Source of the DNA: an uncultured Legionellaceae bacterium
Lineage (GTDB): Bacteria > Pseudomonadota > Gammaproteobacteria > Legionellales > Legionellaceae
Direction: 5' to 3'
Length of the DNA stretch: 64,000 nt
Assembly: GCA_964493245.1 (NCBI GenBank)
Contig: CAZBNB010000011.1
Span: 1,124 to 65,123, forward strand
Under the pieces are notes generated by a model. The model did no database searches. It saw only the letters and a program-made list of their open reading frames with translations, and had not been told where the DNA came from. Shown here in pieces: positions 17,015 through 27,796 of the stretch. Every line of letters starts with the position of its first letter. The stretch's first letter is position 1. Position numbers and translations under genes: made by a program.

Positions 17015-18987
17015 GCTTCCTCCAAATCGACTAGCGTGACACCTTCGTTCACTTGGGCGCCAATGCCATAAAAAATATCACGAATGGTCCCATTGTGTGG
17101 TGCTCGAATAGTGTGCTCCATTTTCATGGCTTCTAATATCAACAACGGTTCACCTGCCTCAATAACATCGCCTTTTTTCTTAAACAACGCAATAATCGTG
17201 CCAGGCATCGGTGCTGTGAGCTGATTCTCTGATGCATGCTTTTGGCCCAATTGATGTTGATAATCGGTATAAGCTTCGATAATGACAGGACCTTTTTCTG
17301 TAAAAATAGTCCATTCATTGTGCCGATGCTGTGCAATCACACGGTGTATTGTTTTGCCATCATTTAATGATAAGTGATTTCCTTCGAGACTGATTTGATA
17401 ATATTGTGCTGCCGTTTGCAGATGTTCGGAGGTTAAAATCGTTAACTCAACTTCGTTCGCTGTGATAGGTGTGACATGGATATCTATTTTTTCTTGTTGA
17501 TACTGGTACGATCGTATCCAACGGCTTTGTAAGTGGGATTGCCAAGCAAATGTATCTTGGTATAGCGGTTCGGGATGGGCGGTACAAAACCAATAATCTA
17601 AGCAAGCAGCTGCATGCAAAGCAAGGGTGGGGGCCTGCTGATCTTGAACAAAGGTTTCTTCTTGTAAGAAATGCGTGCTCAACTGATTTTGAATGAATCG
17701 AGGGTGCTTGAGTATGGCTTGCAGTATGGGTAAATTGGTTTTTACACCACCGATATAGTAGTGTTGCAGTGCTTGTAATAGGCGGGTACGGGCTTGCTCA
17801 CGGGTTTCTCCCCAAGCAATGCATTTCGCGATCATGGAGTCATAATACCGGCTGATGACCGCATGTTCGGTAATCCCGGTGTCGATGCGAACGTGCTCAC
17901 CTTGAGGTTCCTTTAAGAAGGTAATTTCACCAATAGATGGCATGAAATCATGGGCGGGGTCTTCTGCGCAAATACGGCACTCAATCGCATGCCCATGAAC
18001 TTGAATCTGGTTTTGAGACAGCGGGAGCTTTTCATTGGCAGCAATGCGTAGTTGCCATTCCACCAAGTCCAGGCCGGTAATCATTTCCGTGATAGGATGC
18101 TCTACCTGTAACCGCGTATTCATTTCCATAAAATAAAAAGTACCCTTTTTATCCATAATAAATTCAACAGTGCCCGCACCACGGTATTCTATGGTTTTAG
18201 CGACCTCTATGGCTGCATTGGTTAATTGTTGACGACGGTCTTCAGGTAAATGACTGGCTGGTGCTTCTTCAATGATTTTTTGGTGTCGGCGTTGAATGGA
18301 GCAATCTCGTTCGTATAAATGCACCACCTGACCATGATTGTCTGCCATAATTTGTACTTCTATGTGGCGTGGCTCTTGAACCAGTGTTTCAAGAATCATG
18401 GTGTCATCGCCAAAGCTGGCTTTGGCTTCGCGGCGTGCACTGTCTAGCGCGCTCTGAAAATCGTCTGCTTGAAAGACCGCGCGCATACCTTTACCGCCAC
18501 CGCCATTGGCTGCTTTTAACAGCACTGGAAAGCCGATTTCTTCCGCAGCTTGGAGTAGACGTTTGTCGGATTGATCTTGGCCATGGTATCCGGGTGTTAA
18601 AGGAACGGCGCTATTTTGTAAGCGTTGTTTAGCCAATTGTTTTGATGCCATCGATTCCATGGCTGAGACACTGGGGCCGACAAATATCAGCTTTGCTTGC
18701 TTACAGGCTTGTGCAAACGCCATGTTTTCGGATAAAAATCCATAGCCCGGATGAATGGCTTCTGCGCCAGATTGTTTGGCAATGTCGATGATTTTTTCTA
18801 TATTCAAATAACTGGCACTGGCGGTTGCCGGGCCAACACAAAAAGCCTGGTCAGCCAATTTGACATGCAGGCTTTGGGCATCTGCTTCGGAATAAATCGC
18901 GACGGTAGATAGACCCATTTGACGCGCAGTGCGTATGATTCGACAGGCTATTTCGCCGCGATTCGCAATCAGTAATGTTGTAAACAT
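17011..18987 (-). CDS. 3-methylcrotonyl-CoA carboxylase alpha subunit (biotin carboxylase + BCCP)
   Basis: Biotin carboxylase N-terminus LLIANRGEIACRIIRTA, ATP-grasp region, and C-terminal biotinylation motif EAMKME. Confidence 0.9.
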   Translation of the reverse strand: MFTTLLIANRGEIACRIIRTARQMGLSTVAIYSEADAQSLHVKLADQAFCVGPATASASYLNIEKIIDIAKQSGAEAIHPGYGFLSENMAFAQACKQAKLIFVGPSVSAMESMASKQLAKQRLQNSAVPLTPGYHGQDQSDKRLLQAAEEIGFPVLLKAANGGGGKGMRAVFQADDFQSALDSARREAKASFGDDTMILETLVQEPRHIEVQIMADNHGQVVHLYERDCSIQRRHQKIIEEAPASHLPEDRRQQLTNAAIEVAKTIEYRGAGTVEFIMDKKGTFYFMEMNTRLQVEHPITEMITGLDLVEWQLRIAANEKLPLSQNQIQVHGHAIECRICAEDPAHDFMPSIGEITFLKEPQGEHVRIDTGITEHAVISRYYDSMIAKCIAWGETREQARTRLLQALQHYYIGGVKTNLPILQAILKHPRFIQNQLSTHFLQEETFVQDQQAPTLALHAAACLDYWFCTAHPEPLYQDTFAWQSHLQSRWIRSYQYQQEKIDIHVTPITANEVELTILTSEHLQTAAQYYQISLEGNHLSLNDGKTIHRVIAQHRHNEWTIFTEKGPVIIEAYTDYQHQLGQKHASENQLTAPMPGTIIALFKKKGDVIEAGEPLLILEAMKMEHTIRAPHNGTIRDIFYGIGAQVNEGVTLVDLEEA

Positions 18988-19087
18988 AATGTAAACGCGT
19001 CCTTATTTCGTTTAAATCCAGTCTTTACGTTGAGCGCTCTCTTTTTGTCGCCGTTCTCTCGTGCGTGTAACCAAATGTCAACAGACC

Positions 19088-19849
19088 CTATTTCTTGTGT
19101 AAAAATGCTTGCAACGCTTGTTGTGCCTCGTTCGATACTCTTTTTTTCGCAATTAATGTCGCGGTTAAGTCTTTTATCGCTGTATCAATCGGTTGCTTTG
19201 CAACTTGTTTTACCAATGATTTTGCATCTATGACGGCTTGCGAGGGCCATTTTGCTATTTGGCATGCTAATTCAGTCGTAAAGGATTGTAATGTGTCGTT
19301 TGGTACACAATGTTGCACTAATTGTAGCTCGACAGCTTTGTGTGCATCGATGACTTGGGCGCTCATGAATAACCAAGTGGCCGCTCTTTCACCGATTGCA
19401 CGAATGACATAAGGACTGATAACGGCAGGAATCAAACCCAGCTTCACTTCGGAGAAGCAAAATTGGGCTTGGTGCGCGGCAACAGCAATGTCACAGGCTG
19501 CAACCAAGCCTGCTCCACCACCAAATGCTGCGCCCTGGACCATGGCAATGGTTGGTTTAGTGCAGTGGTATAGGGTGTATAAGGTCTGCGCTAAAATATC
19601 AGCGTCAGCTTTGTTTTCTGCTTCGGTGTAACCAATCATGCGTTGCATCCATTGTAAGTCTGCACCCGCTGAAAAATGTTTACCGTGTGCACTGATAACA
19701 ATGACGCGGACATCTGGATTCGCTTCAGCTTGCTGAATACTTTGGCATAAATCGGTTAATAAAATATCATCGAAAGCATTGTGTTTATCAATGCGATTAA
19801 AGGTTATCCATTGTATCTGATTGTGTTGATGTGTGAGTAAGTGTGTCAT
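19088..19849 (-). CDS. Methylglutaconyl-CoA hydratase (enoyl-CoA hydratase/crotonase family)
   Basis: Crotonase fold (FSAGADL, AAFGGGAGL). Lies between the two carboxylase subunits as in liu/MCC operons. Start set to the ATG at 19849, just after the upstream stop. Confidence 0.8.
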   Translation of the reverse strand: MTHLLTHQHNQIQWITFNRIDKHNAFDDILLTDLCQSIQQAEANPDVRVIVISAHGKHFSAGADLQWMQRMIGYTEAENKADADILAQTLYTLYHCTKPTIAMVQGAAFGGGAGLVAACDIAVAAHQAQFCFSEVKLGLIPAVISPYVIRAIGERAATWLFMSAQVIDAHKAVELQLVQHCVPNDTLQSFTTELACQIAKWPSQAVIDAKSLVKQVAKQPIDTAIKDLTATLIAKKRVSNEAQQALQAFLHKK

Positions 19850-19853
19850 GGGC

Positions 19854-21464
19854 TTACATCCTAAAAACACCAAATTGGGTGGCTTCGATGGGGGCATTTA
19901 AACTGGCAGATAAACCCAAGCCCAGCACGCGGCGTGTATCTTGTGGCGCAATGACACCATCATCCCACAACCGCGCGCTTGCGTAATAAGGGTTGCCTTG
20001 AGCTTCATATTGGGCTCGCATGTTTTGTTTAAACGCTTCTTCATCCGCGGCACTCCATTGAGTATCGCGTTTGGCATATTTTTCGCGGTGTATTTGTGCC
20101 AATACATTGGCGGCTTGTTCGCCACCCATCACAGAAATACGTGCATTCGGCCATGACCAAAGAAAGCGAGGGCTAAATGCACGACCACACATGGCATAAT
20201 TACCGGCCCCGAAGCTACCCCCAACAATCACGGTCAGTTTAGGAACAGCTGCATTGGAAACTGCGGTGACCATTTTTGCACCGTGCTTTGCGATGCCACT
20301 GGTTTCGTATTTACTACCGACCATAAAACCCGTGATATTTTGTAAAAACACCAAGGGAATACGTCGTTTCGCACATAATTCAATAAAGTGAGCGCCTTTA
20401 AGGGCACTTTCGCCAAATAAAATACCATTATTAGCGACAATGCCAATAGGGTAGCCGTACAAATGTGCAAAACCACAGATCAAGGTTGTGCCATACAAGG
20501 CTTTAAATTCATCAAACTCGGAAGCATCGACAATACGTGCGATGACCTCTCGAATATCATAAGGTTGACGCGTATCAACAGGAACGATGCCCAAGAGCTC
20601 TTCCGGATTATAGGCTGGTTCGCGGCTTTGAATGCGATGTAAAGAATGCGGTTTGGTACGATTGAGTTGTCGTACCGCTTGTCTGGTTAAGTACAATGCG
20701 TGTGCGTCGTCATCGGCATAATGATCGGCAACCCCTGATTGTCGGCAATGCACATCAGCACCGCCCAAATCTTCAGCACTGATGACTTCTCCGGTGGCCG
20801 CTTTCACTAAAGGAGGGCCGCCTAAAAAAATAGTGGCTTGATTTCGCACCATGATCGATTCATCTGCCATGGCCGGTACGTAAGCGCCTCCGGCAGTACA
20901 GGAACCCATTACCACGGCAATTTGTGGAATATTTCGTGCGGACAAGTTCGCTTGGTTATAAAATATACGACCAAAATGATCGCGATCCGGGAAAACTTGA
21001 TCTTGCAGTGGTAAAAACGCGCCACCAGAGTCAACCAGATAGATACATGGCAAGTGATTTTCCGCGGCGATTTCTTGTGCTCGCAAATGCTTTTTAGCGG
21101 TGAGGGGATAATAAGTACCGCCTTTGACAGTTGCGTCATTAATAACAATCATACACTCTTGAGAAGCAATGCGACCAATGCCTGTAATAATACCCGCTGC
21201 CGGTAAATCGTCTTCATACACTTGGTAGGCGGCGAGTTGTGATAATTCTAAAAACGGGCTACCGGGATCTAATAATTGATGTAACCGCTCTCTTGGTAAC
21301 CATTTGCCATGCTGACGATGGCGCTCTCTCGCACTTTCGCTACCGCCTTCTGCAATTTTCGTTACGGTTTGCTGCAATTGTTCGACCAGTGCTTGCATGT
21401 TTGTTTGATTGGTTTTAAATGCCTCGCTGGCTATATTTAATTGACTGACAATTTGCGCCATCAC
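19854..21464 (-). CDS. 3-methylcrotonyl-CoA carboxylase beta subunit (carboxyltransferase)
   Basis: 536-aa carboxyl-transferase domain protein, recognised by overall similarity to acyl-CoA carboxylase beta subunits. Operon context supports the call. Confidence 0.9.
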   Translation of the reverse strand: MMAQIVSQLNIASEAFKTNQTNMQALVEQLQQTVTKIAEGGSESARERHRQHGKWLPRERLHQLLDPGSPFLELSQLAAYQVYEDDLPAAGIITGIGRIASQECMIVINDATVKGGTYYPLTAKKHLRAQEIAAENHLPCIYLVDSGGAFLPLQDQVFPDRDHFGRIFYNQANLSARNIPQIAVVMGSCTAGGAYVPAMADESIMVRNQATIFLGGPPLVKAATGEVISAEDLGGADVHCRQSGVADHYADDDAHALYLTRQAVRQLNRTKPHSLHRIQSREPAYNPEELLGIVPVDTRQPYDIREVIARIVDASEFDEFKALYGTTLICGFAHLYGYPIGIVANNGILFGESALKGAHFIELCAKRRIPLVFLQNITGFMVGSKYETSGIAKHGAKMVTAVSNAAVPKLTVIVGGSFGAGNYAMCGRAFSPRFLWSWPNARISVMGGEQAANVLAQIHREKYAKRDTQWSAADEEAFKQNMRAQYEAQGNPYYASARLWDDGVIAPQDTRRVLGLGLSASLNAPIEATQFGVFRM

Positions 21465-21471
21465 TGCTTCC

Positions 21472-21801
21472 TTATCGCACTAAAATTTTACTGAGTACCA
21501 AGATAATCCATATTAACCAGGTTGCTTCAAGATAGTAAGGCATCATGCCTCCTTTTGTGAAGCGATAAACCAGTGCGGGGATTCCAGTTAGAATCAAAGG
21601 GCAGATAACCAAAGTAAAAACATGGCGTAAATTTAATCCAGAGGGTGAGGTACTAAAAAAGACGGCAATCTGGGTATCAACAAATTGGTAGAATTGCAGT
21701 ACAAGGCGAGCAAAATCCTGTGTGTAATTAGAAAAAAGCACAACAAGAATGCTTAAGCCCAAATAGATAAGATAGGGTAAGTAACGCTTACTCATGATCA
21801 T
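21472..21801 (-). CDS. Small integral membrane protein, unknown function
   Basis: About 109 aa with 3-4 hydrophobic helices. Its ATG overlaps the thiolase TGA (ATGA), suggesting translational coupling inside the operon. Confidence 0.5.
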   Translation of the reverse strand: MIMSKRYLPYLIYLGLSILVVLFSNYTQDFARLVLQFYQFVDTQIAVFFSTSPSGLNLRHVFTLVICPLILTGIPALVYRFTKGGMMPYYLEATWLIWIILVLSKILVR

Positions 21802-22988
21802 GCTCCCCAAGATTCAATGGCCATTGCAACCGCTTCACCACCACCAATACAAAGCGATGCGATACCGCGTTTTTTTCCATGGCGTCGCAACGCGTGTATT
21901 AATGTGACTAAAACACGCGCGCCAGAGGCACCGATGGGATGGCCTAGCGCACAGGCCCCACCATGAATATTCACTTTATCTGCGTCAAGCTTCAATGTTT
22001 GTATGGCGACCATGGTAACGACGGCAAAGGCTTCGTTAATTTCGAATAAGTCAACACTGTCTAATGCCCAACCGGCGCGATCAGCGACTTGTTGTATGGC
22101 TTGAACCGGTGCGGTTGTAAACCATTCAGGTGCTTGAGCATGTGTGCTACTGGCAACGATACGAGCCAGTGGTGTAAGCTGTCGTTTTTGAGCTTCTTCT
22201 AGCGTCATCAGCAGCAAGCTGGCAGCACCGTCTGCAATCGAACTTGAGTTAGCCGGTGTCACTGTACCGTCTTTAGAAAAGGCAGGATTAAGGCGCGTTA
22301 CTTTATCAATTTTCGCAGCATCCGGAGCCTCATCTTGTTGAATGGTTTGTGTTCCTTGCTTACTGGTGAGCTGAACCGGGACAATTTCTTTTGCAAAAGC
22401 GCCTTCCTTTTGAGCGGCGATGGCACGCTGCATGGAGCGAATAGCAAAATTATCTTGGTCTGCGCGGGACAATTGGTATTCTTGCGCCGTTTTGTCTGCA
22501 AAACAACCCATTAAAGTTCCAGATTGATACGCATCTTCTAGGCCATCGAGAAACATATGATCTTTGATCTCACCGTGGCCTAAGCGATATCCGGTCCTTG
22601 CTTTACTTAACAAATAAGGTGCCTGACTCATGCTTTCCATGCCACCCGCTAATACAATACGCGCACTGCCAGCTTTAATCGCATCGTGTGCTTGCATGAC
22701 CGCCTTCAGACCCGAGCCACACATTTTGTTAATGGTGGTTGCGCCAACACTTGCTGGTAAGCCAGCCGCTAAAGCGGCTTGTCTTGCTGGTGCTTGACCG
22801 ATCCCGGCTTGGAGTACACAACCACTAATGACCTCATCTATTTCATTTAACGGGATACCCGTGTCGCTTAAGACCGCTCGGTGTGCGATCGCACCTAATT
22901 CGGGTGCTTTCAAAGAAGATAATTGACCAAGTAAACTACCGATGGGAGTACGTTTGGCGGCAACAATAACAATATCTAATGGGTTCAT
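21798..22988 (-). CDS. Acetyl-CoA C-acetyltransferase (thiolase II)
   Basis: Active-site Cys context [11 protein letters not shown]-terminal [16 protein letters not shown] and CIGGGEA motifs. Confidence 0.9.
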   Translation of the reverse strand: MNPLDIVIVAAKRTPIGSLLGQLSSLKAPELGAIAHRAVLSDTGIPLNEIDEVISGCVLQAGIGQAPARQAALAAGLPASVGATTINKMCGSGLKAVMQAHDAIKAGSARIVLAGGMESMSQAPYLLSKARTGYRLGHGEIKDHMFLDGLEDAYQSGTLMGCFADKTAQEYQLSRADQDNFAIRSMQRAIAAQKEGAFAKEIVPVQLTSKQGTQTIQQDEAPDAAKIDKVTRLNPAFSKDGTVTPANSSSIADGAASLLLMTLEEAQKRQLTPLARIVASSTHAQAPEWFTTAPVQAIQQVADRAGWALDSVDLFEINEAFAVVTMVAIQTLKLDADKVNIHGGACALGHPIGASGARVLVTLIHALRRHGKKRGIASLCIGGGEAVAMAIESWGA

Positions 22989-23221
22989 GTTGTTCCTGAA
23001 TGTGGTTACAAAACAAGTAAATGTTCACGCCTGTTCACCGAACGGCTGTATTTGGCGCTATCAAAAAAGTTGACAATACATGTATAAGCTGTGCAACATT
23101 CTGAGTTATGTGCACCTCTCGTATCTTGGTTAAATGACTATACCGTGAGCTAAGCGAATTGTGAAGCTAAATGTGTACGAAAGCAAAGCTGCATAGCGGC
23201 GATAAACAGGGAGTATAACGC

Positions 23222-23920
23222 ATGCGTAGATTGGTATTGTGGGGACATCATCTTGATGAGTTTATTGATATGTTTGCCTTGTCGAAAGCCGATTTGCAAA
23301 AGCGTTTTTTGGAGTATGCCTGTGGCGCAACGGCTGTCAATGCTGAGCTTAAACAATTAGGTGGGCATTGCTTGAGTTATGATGTTTGGTTTAAATCAGA
23401 TAAGAAGCGGTTGTCACAAGAAATTGATCAACAATTTGCAGCGAGAGTTCGCGAGTTTGAAACACAATCACAGATTTTGGATTTAAATCGGTATGGTGAT
23501 CTTGAGCAGTTAATCGCTTATCGTCGTGATGGTATCGATACTTTTTTGAATGACTACGAACAAGGTTGTTTGGAGGAGCGATATGTTGCCGATCTCACTG
23601 CGCATCATACATCACAAAAATTACCGTTCGAGTACGGTGCATTTGACTTTGCATTAGTAGCCCATACTTTTTTTTCAGATGTACCTTATCAAACCATCGA
23701 TGATCATGTATTAAAAATACAAGAATTAGCCCGTGTGGCAAAAGATGTGCGTATTTTTCCTTTGGTTGATGCTAAGGGAATCCCTTCACCTTGTTTAGGT
23801 CCGGTATTATTGGGATTACAACAAGCCAATTTGGGTGTGGAAGTACGAGAAGTTTCTTACCATTTACAACCCCGAGGCAATGCCATGTTGCGTGTTTGGG
23901 CAAAACAGTGTGATGTGTGA
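23222..23920 (+). CDS. Hypothetical protein, possible class I SAM-dependent methyltransferase
   Basis: Weak motif-I-like FLEYACGAT and a distal FDFALVAHTFF / VRIFPL pattern seen in some small methyltransferases. No stronger evidence. Confidence 0.45.
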   Translation: MRRLVLWGHHLDEFIDMFALSKADLQKRFLEYACGATAVNAELKQLGGHCLSYDVWFKSDKKRLSQEIDQQFAARVREFETQSQILDLNRYGDLEQLIAYRRDGIDTFLNDYEQGCLEERYVADLTAHHTSQKLPFEYGAFDFALVAHTFFSDVPYQTIDDHVLKIQELARVAKDVRIFPLVDAKGIPSPCLGPVLLGLQQANLGVEVREVSYHLQPRGNAMLRVWAKQCDV

Positions 23921-23943
23921 GAGCGCTGCTTGTTATGCCTGTG

Positions 23944-24000
23944 ATCTTTAAAAGAGTCGCTCCAACCAAGAGTCGCTTTTGGCACGATACCTTTCGTTGT
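23944..24000. repeat. Half copy of palindromic family C (C2)
   Basis: ..aaaagagtcgctccaaccaagagtcgcttttggcacgatacctttcgttg matches the right arm and flank of C1 (ccttaaaggataaccccaaccaagagacgcttctggcacgatactttacgtt). Confidence 0.65.
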
Positions 24001-24018
24001 TTTGGGGGATTTTGAATT

Positions 24019-25383
24019 TTATAGTGAATATTGGTTAATCATTAATTCTGCACTGCCTGTTTGATAGGCAATTTTCTCTACATTTAAGTAAATTATGCGG
24101 GCTTCAGTATCGACCCGAACCTCTTTTACGCCTGGAATCAGTGATAGTTTTTGTCGTAACTGTGTTGGAGATAGTGTCGTATTTGATAGTGGAATAATGA
24201 CGGAATAACAATAAGATAACGGTTTCATGCCTGTGGCAATCACAATCCAAATCAAGGTTAAGATAATATTTAAGATAAAGACACCTTGGTAACCCCATAA
24301 TCCAAAAAGAAAACCGGATAAGCTACCCCCCACGAAAATGCCTAAAAATTGACAGCTTGAATAGACTCCCATCGCACTACCACGATAGGTTGCTACAGCT
24401 TGTCGAGAAGCAAGAGAAGGTAAGAGCGCCTCTAGGGTATTAAATACGGTAAAATAAATCAGTAAACTGGCAGTGATCATTTCAAAAGAGTGGTGATTCA
24501 ATGCAAGCAAAATTTGCGCAAAACTAATCAAGGTAACACAGGTGATAAAGATGGTTTTAATACGCTGTTTTCGCTCGGCTAAAAAGAGCAGTGGAATCAT
24601 AAAAATAAAGCTCAATATGACCAATGGAAAATAAAATAGGCCTGAGTTGTTGAGATGATAAAGGTGTAACATCGGTTGTAAGAGCGTCGGAATGGCAAAA
24701 AAGGTTGTGGTTAAAACCAAATGCTGTAAAAAAATACCGGCATTAATGCGTAAAAGGTGCGGGTTACGTAACACTTGTTTAAAGCGTACGACGTCCATTT
24801 TTTGTGGGGCATCAAATTGTAATGGTGCGGGCGAGGAGGGGAATAAAAAGACCAGCCCCATACCCAATAAAGCCAGTATGGTTGTGAGCATAAAAATACC
24901 AGCTAATCCAAATGACGCGCTGATGATAGGACTCAGAATAATGGCCAGACTAAATGATACACCAATGGTTAAACCAATAACGGCCATGGCTTTGGTGCGA
25001 TGCCGGTCGGCGGTTGTGTCTGCTAACAAGGCCATCAAAACACTGCCAATTGCCCCACTTCCTTGTAAGGTTCGAGCAAGAATCATGCCGGCTATCGAAT
25101 GTGTCAATGCGCCGATTAGGCTGCCGATGGCGAATAAAGCCAGACCGATGAGCAGCAGCGGTTTACGCCCGTAACGATCGGATAAAAGGCCAAATGGGAT
25201 TTGTAAAAAACCTTGACTAAAACCATAGCAACCCAGTGCAATGCCGGTTAATAAAGGCGTAGCGCCAGAAAGTTGATGCGCATATAGTGTGAATACAGGT
25301 ATGAGCATAAACAATCCTAACATGCGAAATGAGAAAATCGCGGCGATTGATATTGTTTGTTTTATCCACCTGTCAGAATTCAT
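24019..25383 (-). CDS. MFS transporter with an extra C-terminal soluble domain (YajR-like architecture)
   Basis: 12 TM, MFS motif A GLLSDRYGRKP, plus about 65 C-terminal residues (..LRQKLSLIPGVKEVRVDTEARIIYLNVE..) resembling the ferredoxin-like YAM/HMA-type domain. The ATG at 25383 is preferred to the TTG at 25407. Confidence 0.8.
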   Translation of the reverse strand: MNSDRWIKQTISIAAIFSFRMLGLFMLIPVFTLYAHQLSGATPLLTGIALGCYGFSQGFLQIPFGLLSDRYGRKPLLLIGLALFAIGSLIGALTHSIAGMILARTLQGSGAIGSVLMALLADTTADRHRTKAMAVIGLTIGVSFSLAIILSPIISASFGLAGIFMLTTILALLGMGLVFLFPSSPAPLQFDAPQKMDVVRFKQVLRNPHLLRINAGIFLQHLVLTTTFFAIPTLLQPMLHLYHLNNSGLFYFPLVILSFIFMIPLLFLAERKQRIKTIFITCVTLISFAQILLALNHHSFEMITASLLIYFTVFNTLEALLPSLASRQAVATYRGSAMGVYSSCQFLGIFVGGSLSGFLFGLWGYQGVFILNIILTLIWIVIATGMKPLSYCYSVIIPLSNTTLSPTQLRQKLSLIPGVKEVRVDTEARIIYLNVEKIAYQTGSAELMINQYSL

Positions 25384-25477
25384 GAGGCTGTCTGTTGAAA
25401 AAACCAAGACCGAATTGTATTAACTTGGATGATTTAATACAAGATCACAGGTATACTTCCTTGCAAAAGCGGCGGAA

Positions 25478-25600
25478 AGTATTGTGCCAGAAGCGTTTCA
25501 GGATTGGGATTTGCTTTAGTACACGCTAGACACGTCCATATTGCTCTGTGACCACCATTCCTGGCGGTCGACGTTTCTAAAGCATGCTCTCCAACCTTTT
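25478..25600. repeat. Diverged copy of palindromic family C (C3), opposite orientation to C1
   Basis: Shares gtgccagaagcg and acacgctagacacgtccat with the reverse complement of C1. Confidence 0.6.
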
Positions 25601-25717
25601 AGAGGTTTCCATTCAAGCATTGCCTTAGTTTTTTAAGATCTTTTAACCATTATCATTAAAAAGTGAGAAAAGATTTTCTGAGACGTATTTATGACAGTTG
25701 TCGTGGAGTTCAAAGAT

Positions 25718-26473
25718 ATGCAGTTAATTTTTACAGGAAAAGTCGCGTTAATTACGGGTGGTGCGCGTGGAATTGGTCGTGCAACTGCTTTAAAGTTGGC
25801 TGATAACGGGGCCGATATCGCGATTGTTTATTACAACAGTTCAGATGAGGCCAGTCTGCTTGTGAAAGAAATTGAGCAGAAAGGACGGCGCGCGGTTGCG
25901 ATTCAAGCGAATGTTGCGGATCATCAATCTGTGAAAGAGCTATTTACAACGTTTAAAACGCATTTTCAAAGATTAGACTTTTTAATTAGTAATGCAGCCA
26001 GTGGTGTTTTGAAACCCGCGATGAAAATGTCTACCAAGCACTGGCGTTGGTGTTTAGAAACCAATGCATTGGCATTGAATCACCTGGTTTGTGAAGCTGA
26101 GACCTTGTTACAGCGAGGTGGTCGTGTGATTGCTTTGTCTAGCTTGGGTGCACAACGTGCGATTCCCAATTATGCTTTTATTGGTGCTTCTAAAGCGGCT
26201 TTAGAGGCATTAGTGCGTTCGTTGAGTATTGAATTGGCGCCTATGGGGGTGACAGTCAACACGGTCTCTGCGGGTGTGGTTGATACGGATGCATTAAAGC
26301 ACTTTCCCAATCGGGAGCAGTTATTACAATCATACCAAGCTCAATCATTGTCTGAGCGTCCTTTGTTACCCGATGATGTTGCGAATGCTGTTTACTTATT
26401 ATGTCGCCCGGAAGCAGATATGATTCGTGGACATACCTTATTTGTTGATGCTGGCTACAGTGTGGTGGGATAA
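25718..26473 (+). CDS. fabL: FabL-type enoyl-[acyl-carrier-protein] reductase (SDR family)
   Basis: TGGARGIG cofactor motif. NAASGVLKP..HW and DTDALKHFPNRE match my recollection of Bacillus subtilis FabL nearly residue for residue. Ends with ADMIRGHTLFVDAG. The start could alternatively be the ATG at 25691. Confidence 0.75.
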   Translation: MQLIFTGKVALITGGARGIGRATALKLADNGADIAIVYYNSSDEASLLVKEIEQKGRRAVAIQANVADHQSVKELFTTFKTHFQRLDFLISNAASGVLKPAMKMSTKHWRWCLETNALALNHLVCEAETLLQRGGRVIALSSLGAQRAIPNYAFIGASKAALEALVRSLSIELAPMGVTVNTVSAGVVDTDALKHFPNREQLLQSYQAQSLSERPLLPDDVANAVYLLCRPEADMIRGHTLFVDAGYSVVG

Positions 26474-26475
26474 GT

Positions 26476-27795
26476 GTGGATAATGTCCTCTCTGTCACGC
26501 AACTGAATCATCACGTTCGCTTGCTGCTTGAGCAAGAGATCGGGCCTATTTGTGTGCAAGGCGAGTTATCTAATTTAAGCCAACCGGCATCTGGTCATCT
26601 TTATTTCACCTTAAAAGATGCAGGTGCTCAGCTTCGTTGTGTCTTTTTCCGTAATCGACACACACGAAATCAGGCGTTGCAAAATGGTCAACAAATTATC
26701 GCGCGAGGCACGTTAAGTGTGTATGAGCCTCGTGGCGATTATCAATTGATGGTATCAGCGGTTGATGAGGCAGGTATTGGTGATCTGCATCAATTATTTG
26801 AGGCGTTAAAATTAAAGTTAGCGGCGTTGGGTTTATTTGAGCCCAGCCGCAAAAAGGCCCTGCCGCGTTTTCCGGCTTGTATTGGTATCATTACGTCTAG
26901 CAGTGGTGCGGCGTTGCGTGACATTTTAACCACACTAGACCGGCGCTTCCCTCAAGCCCGTGTTTTGGTTTATCCCAGTGATGTGCAAGGCAAAGCAGCT
27001 GTTCCTCAGCTTATCGCCGCGATGACACGCGCAAACCAAGATGCGCGTTGTGATGTCATTATTCTGGCACGAGGGGGGGGCTCAATTGAGGATTTGTGGG
27101 CTTTTAATGATGAGGCGCTTGCTTATGCCATTGCGGCGAGCCATGTTCCGGTTGTGACGGGTATCGGGCATGAAACTGATTTTACCATTGCTGACTTTGT
27201 TGCGGATTGGCGTGCAGCTACACCGACGGCAGCAGCGGAATCAGTTACCCCGGATTATACGGAGTGGGTGGCTTATTTGCAGGTAATACGCAATCGACTG
27301 TTAATCCTTATTAACCGTGTATTGCAGCATCGACATTTGTTATTACAACATCGCATACAAACATTGGCATCTCCTGAGCGTTTGATTGCAAATAATTATC
27401 AAAAGTTAGATTATCTAGAGCGTCATTTACGTGCGGCGATGCAACAGTTTTTAATGCGAAAGCATCAACGATGCCAAGTTATATTCACACAATTATCGGC
27501 GAAGCATCCCAGTGCGCGTTTAATACAAGTTGGTATGGTATTAAACCAACTTAAAACCCGATACTTGCAAGCCATGCAAACGATTCTTTTGCGTTACCAA
27601 CAGCGCTTTCAAGCGCAATTGACGACGTTAAATGCAGTGAGTCCACTGGCAACCTTGGACAGGGGCTATGCTTTGGTGATGCATGATAAGCATTTGGTAA
27701 TGAGTAGCCACGATGTTGTGATAGGGGATGTGATTCGCGTTCGTTTAGCTCAGGGTGAGTTAGCGTGTGCTGTCACAGATATATCTGGAGAATAA
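26476..27795 (+). CDS. xseA: Exodeoxyribonuclease VII large subunit
   Basis: N-terminal OB-fold sequence (SVTQLN..LLE....V.GELSN......GH.YFTLKD), catalytic core (ARGGGSIEDLWAFN, TGIGHETD) and a long helical tail. Confidence 0.9.
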   Translation: MDNVLSVTQLNHHVRLLLEQEIGPICVQGELSNLSQPASGHLYFTLKDAGAQLRCVFFRNRHTRNQALQNGQQIIARGTLSVYEPRGDYQLMVSAVDEAGIGDLHQLFEALKLKLAALGLFEPSRKKALPRFPACIGIITSSSGAALRDILTTLDRRFPQARVLVYPSDVQGKAAVPQLIAAMTRANQDARCDVIILARGGGSIEDLWAFNDEALAYAIAASHVPVVTGIGHETDFTIADFVADWRAATPTAAAESVTPDYTEWVAYLQVIRNRLLILINRVLQHRHLLLQHRIQTLASPERLIANNYQKLDYLERHLRAAMQQFLMRKHQRCQVIFTQLSAKHPSARLIQVGMVLNQLKTRYLQAMQTILLRYQQRFQAQLTTLNAVSPLATLDRGYALVMHDKHLVMSSHDVVIGDVIRVRLAQGELACAVTDISGE

Positions 27796-27796
27796 T

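Noticed and set aside
24692-25174. 160-aa ORF antisense within the YajR-like MFS gene
   Set aside because: It lies entirely inside a well-supported 12-TM transporter gene on the other strand. Its K/R/A-rich composition is typical of antisense translation of membrane-protein genes.
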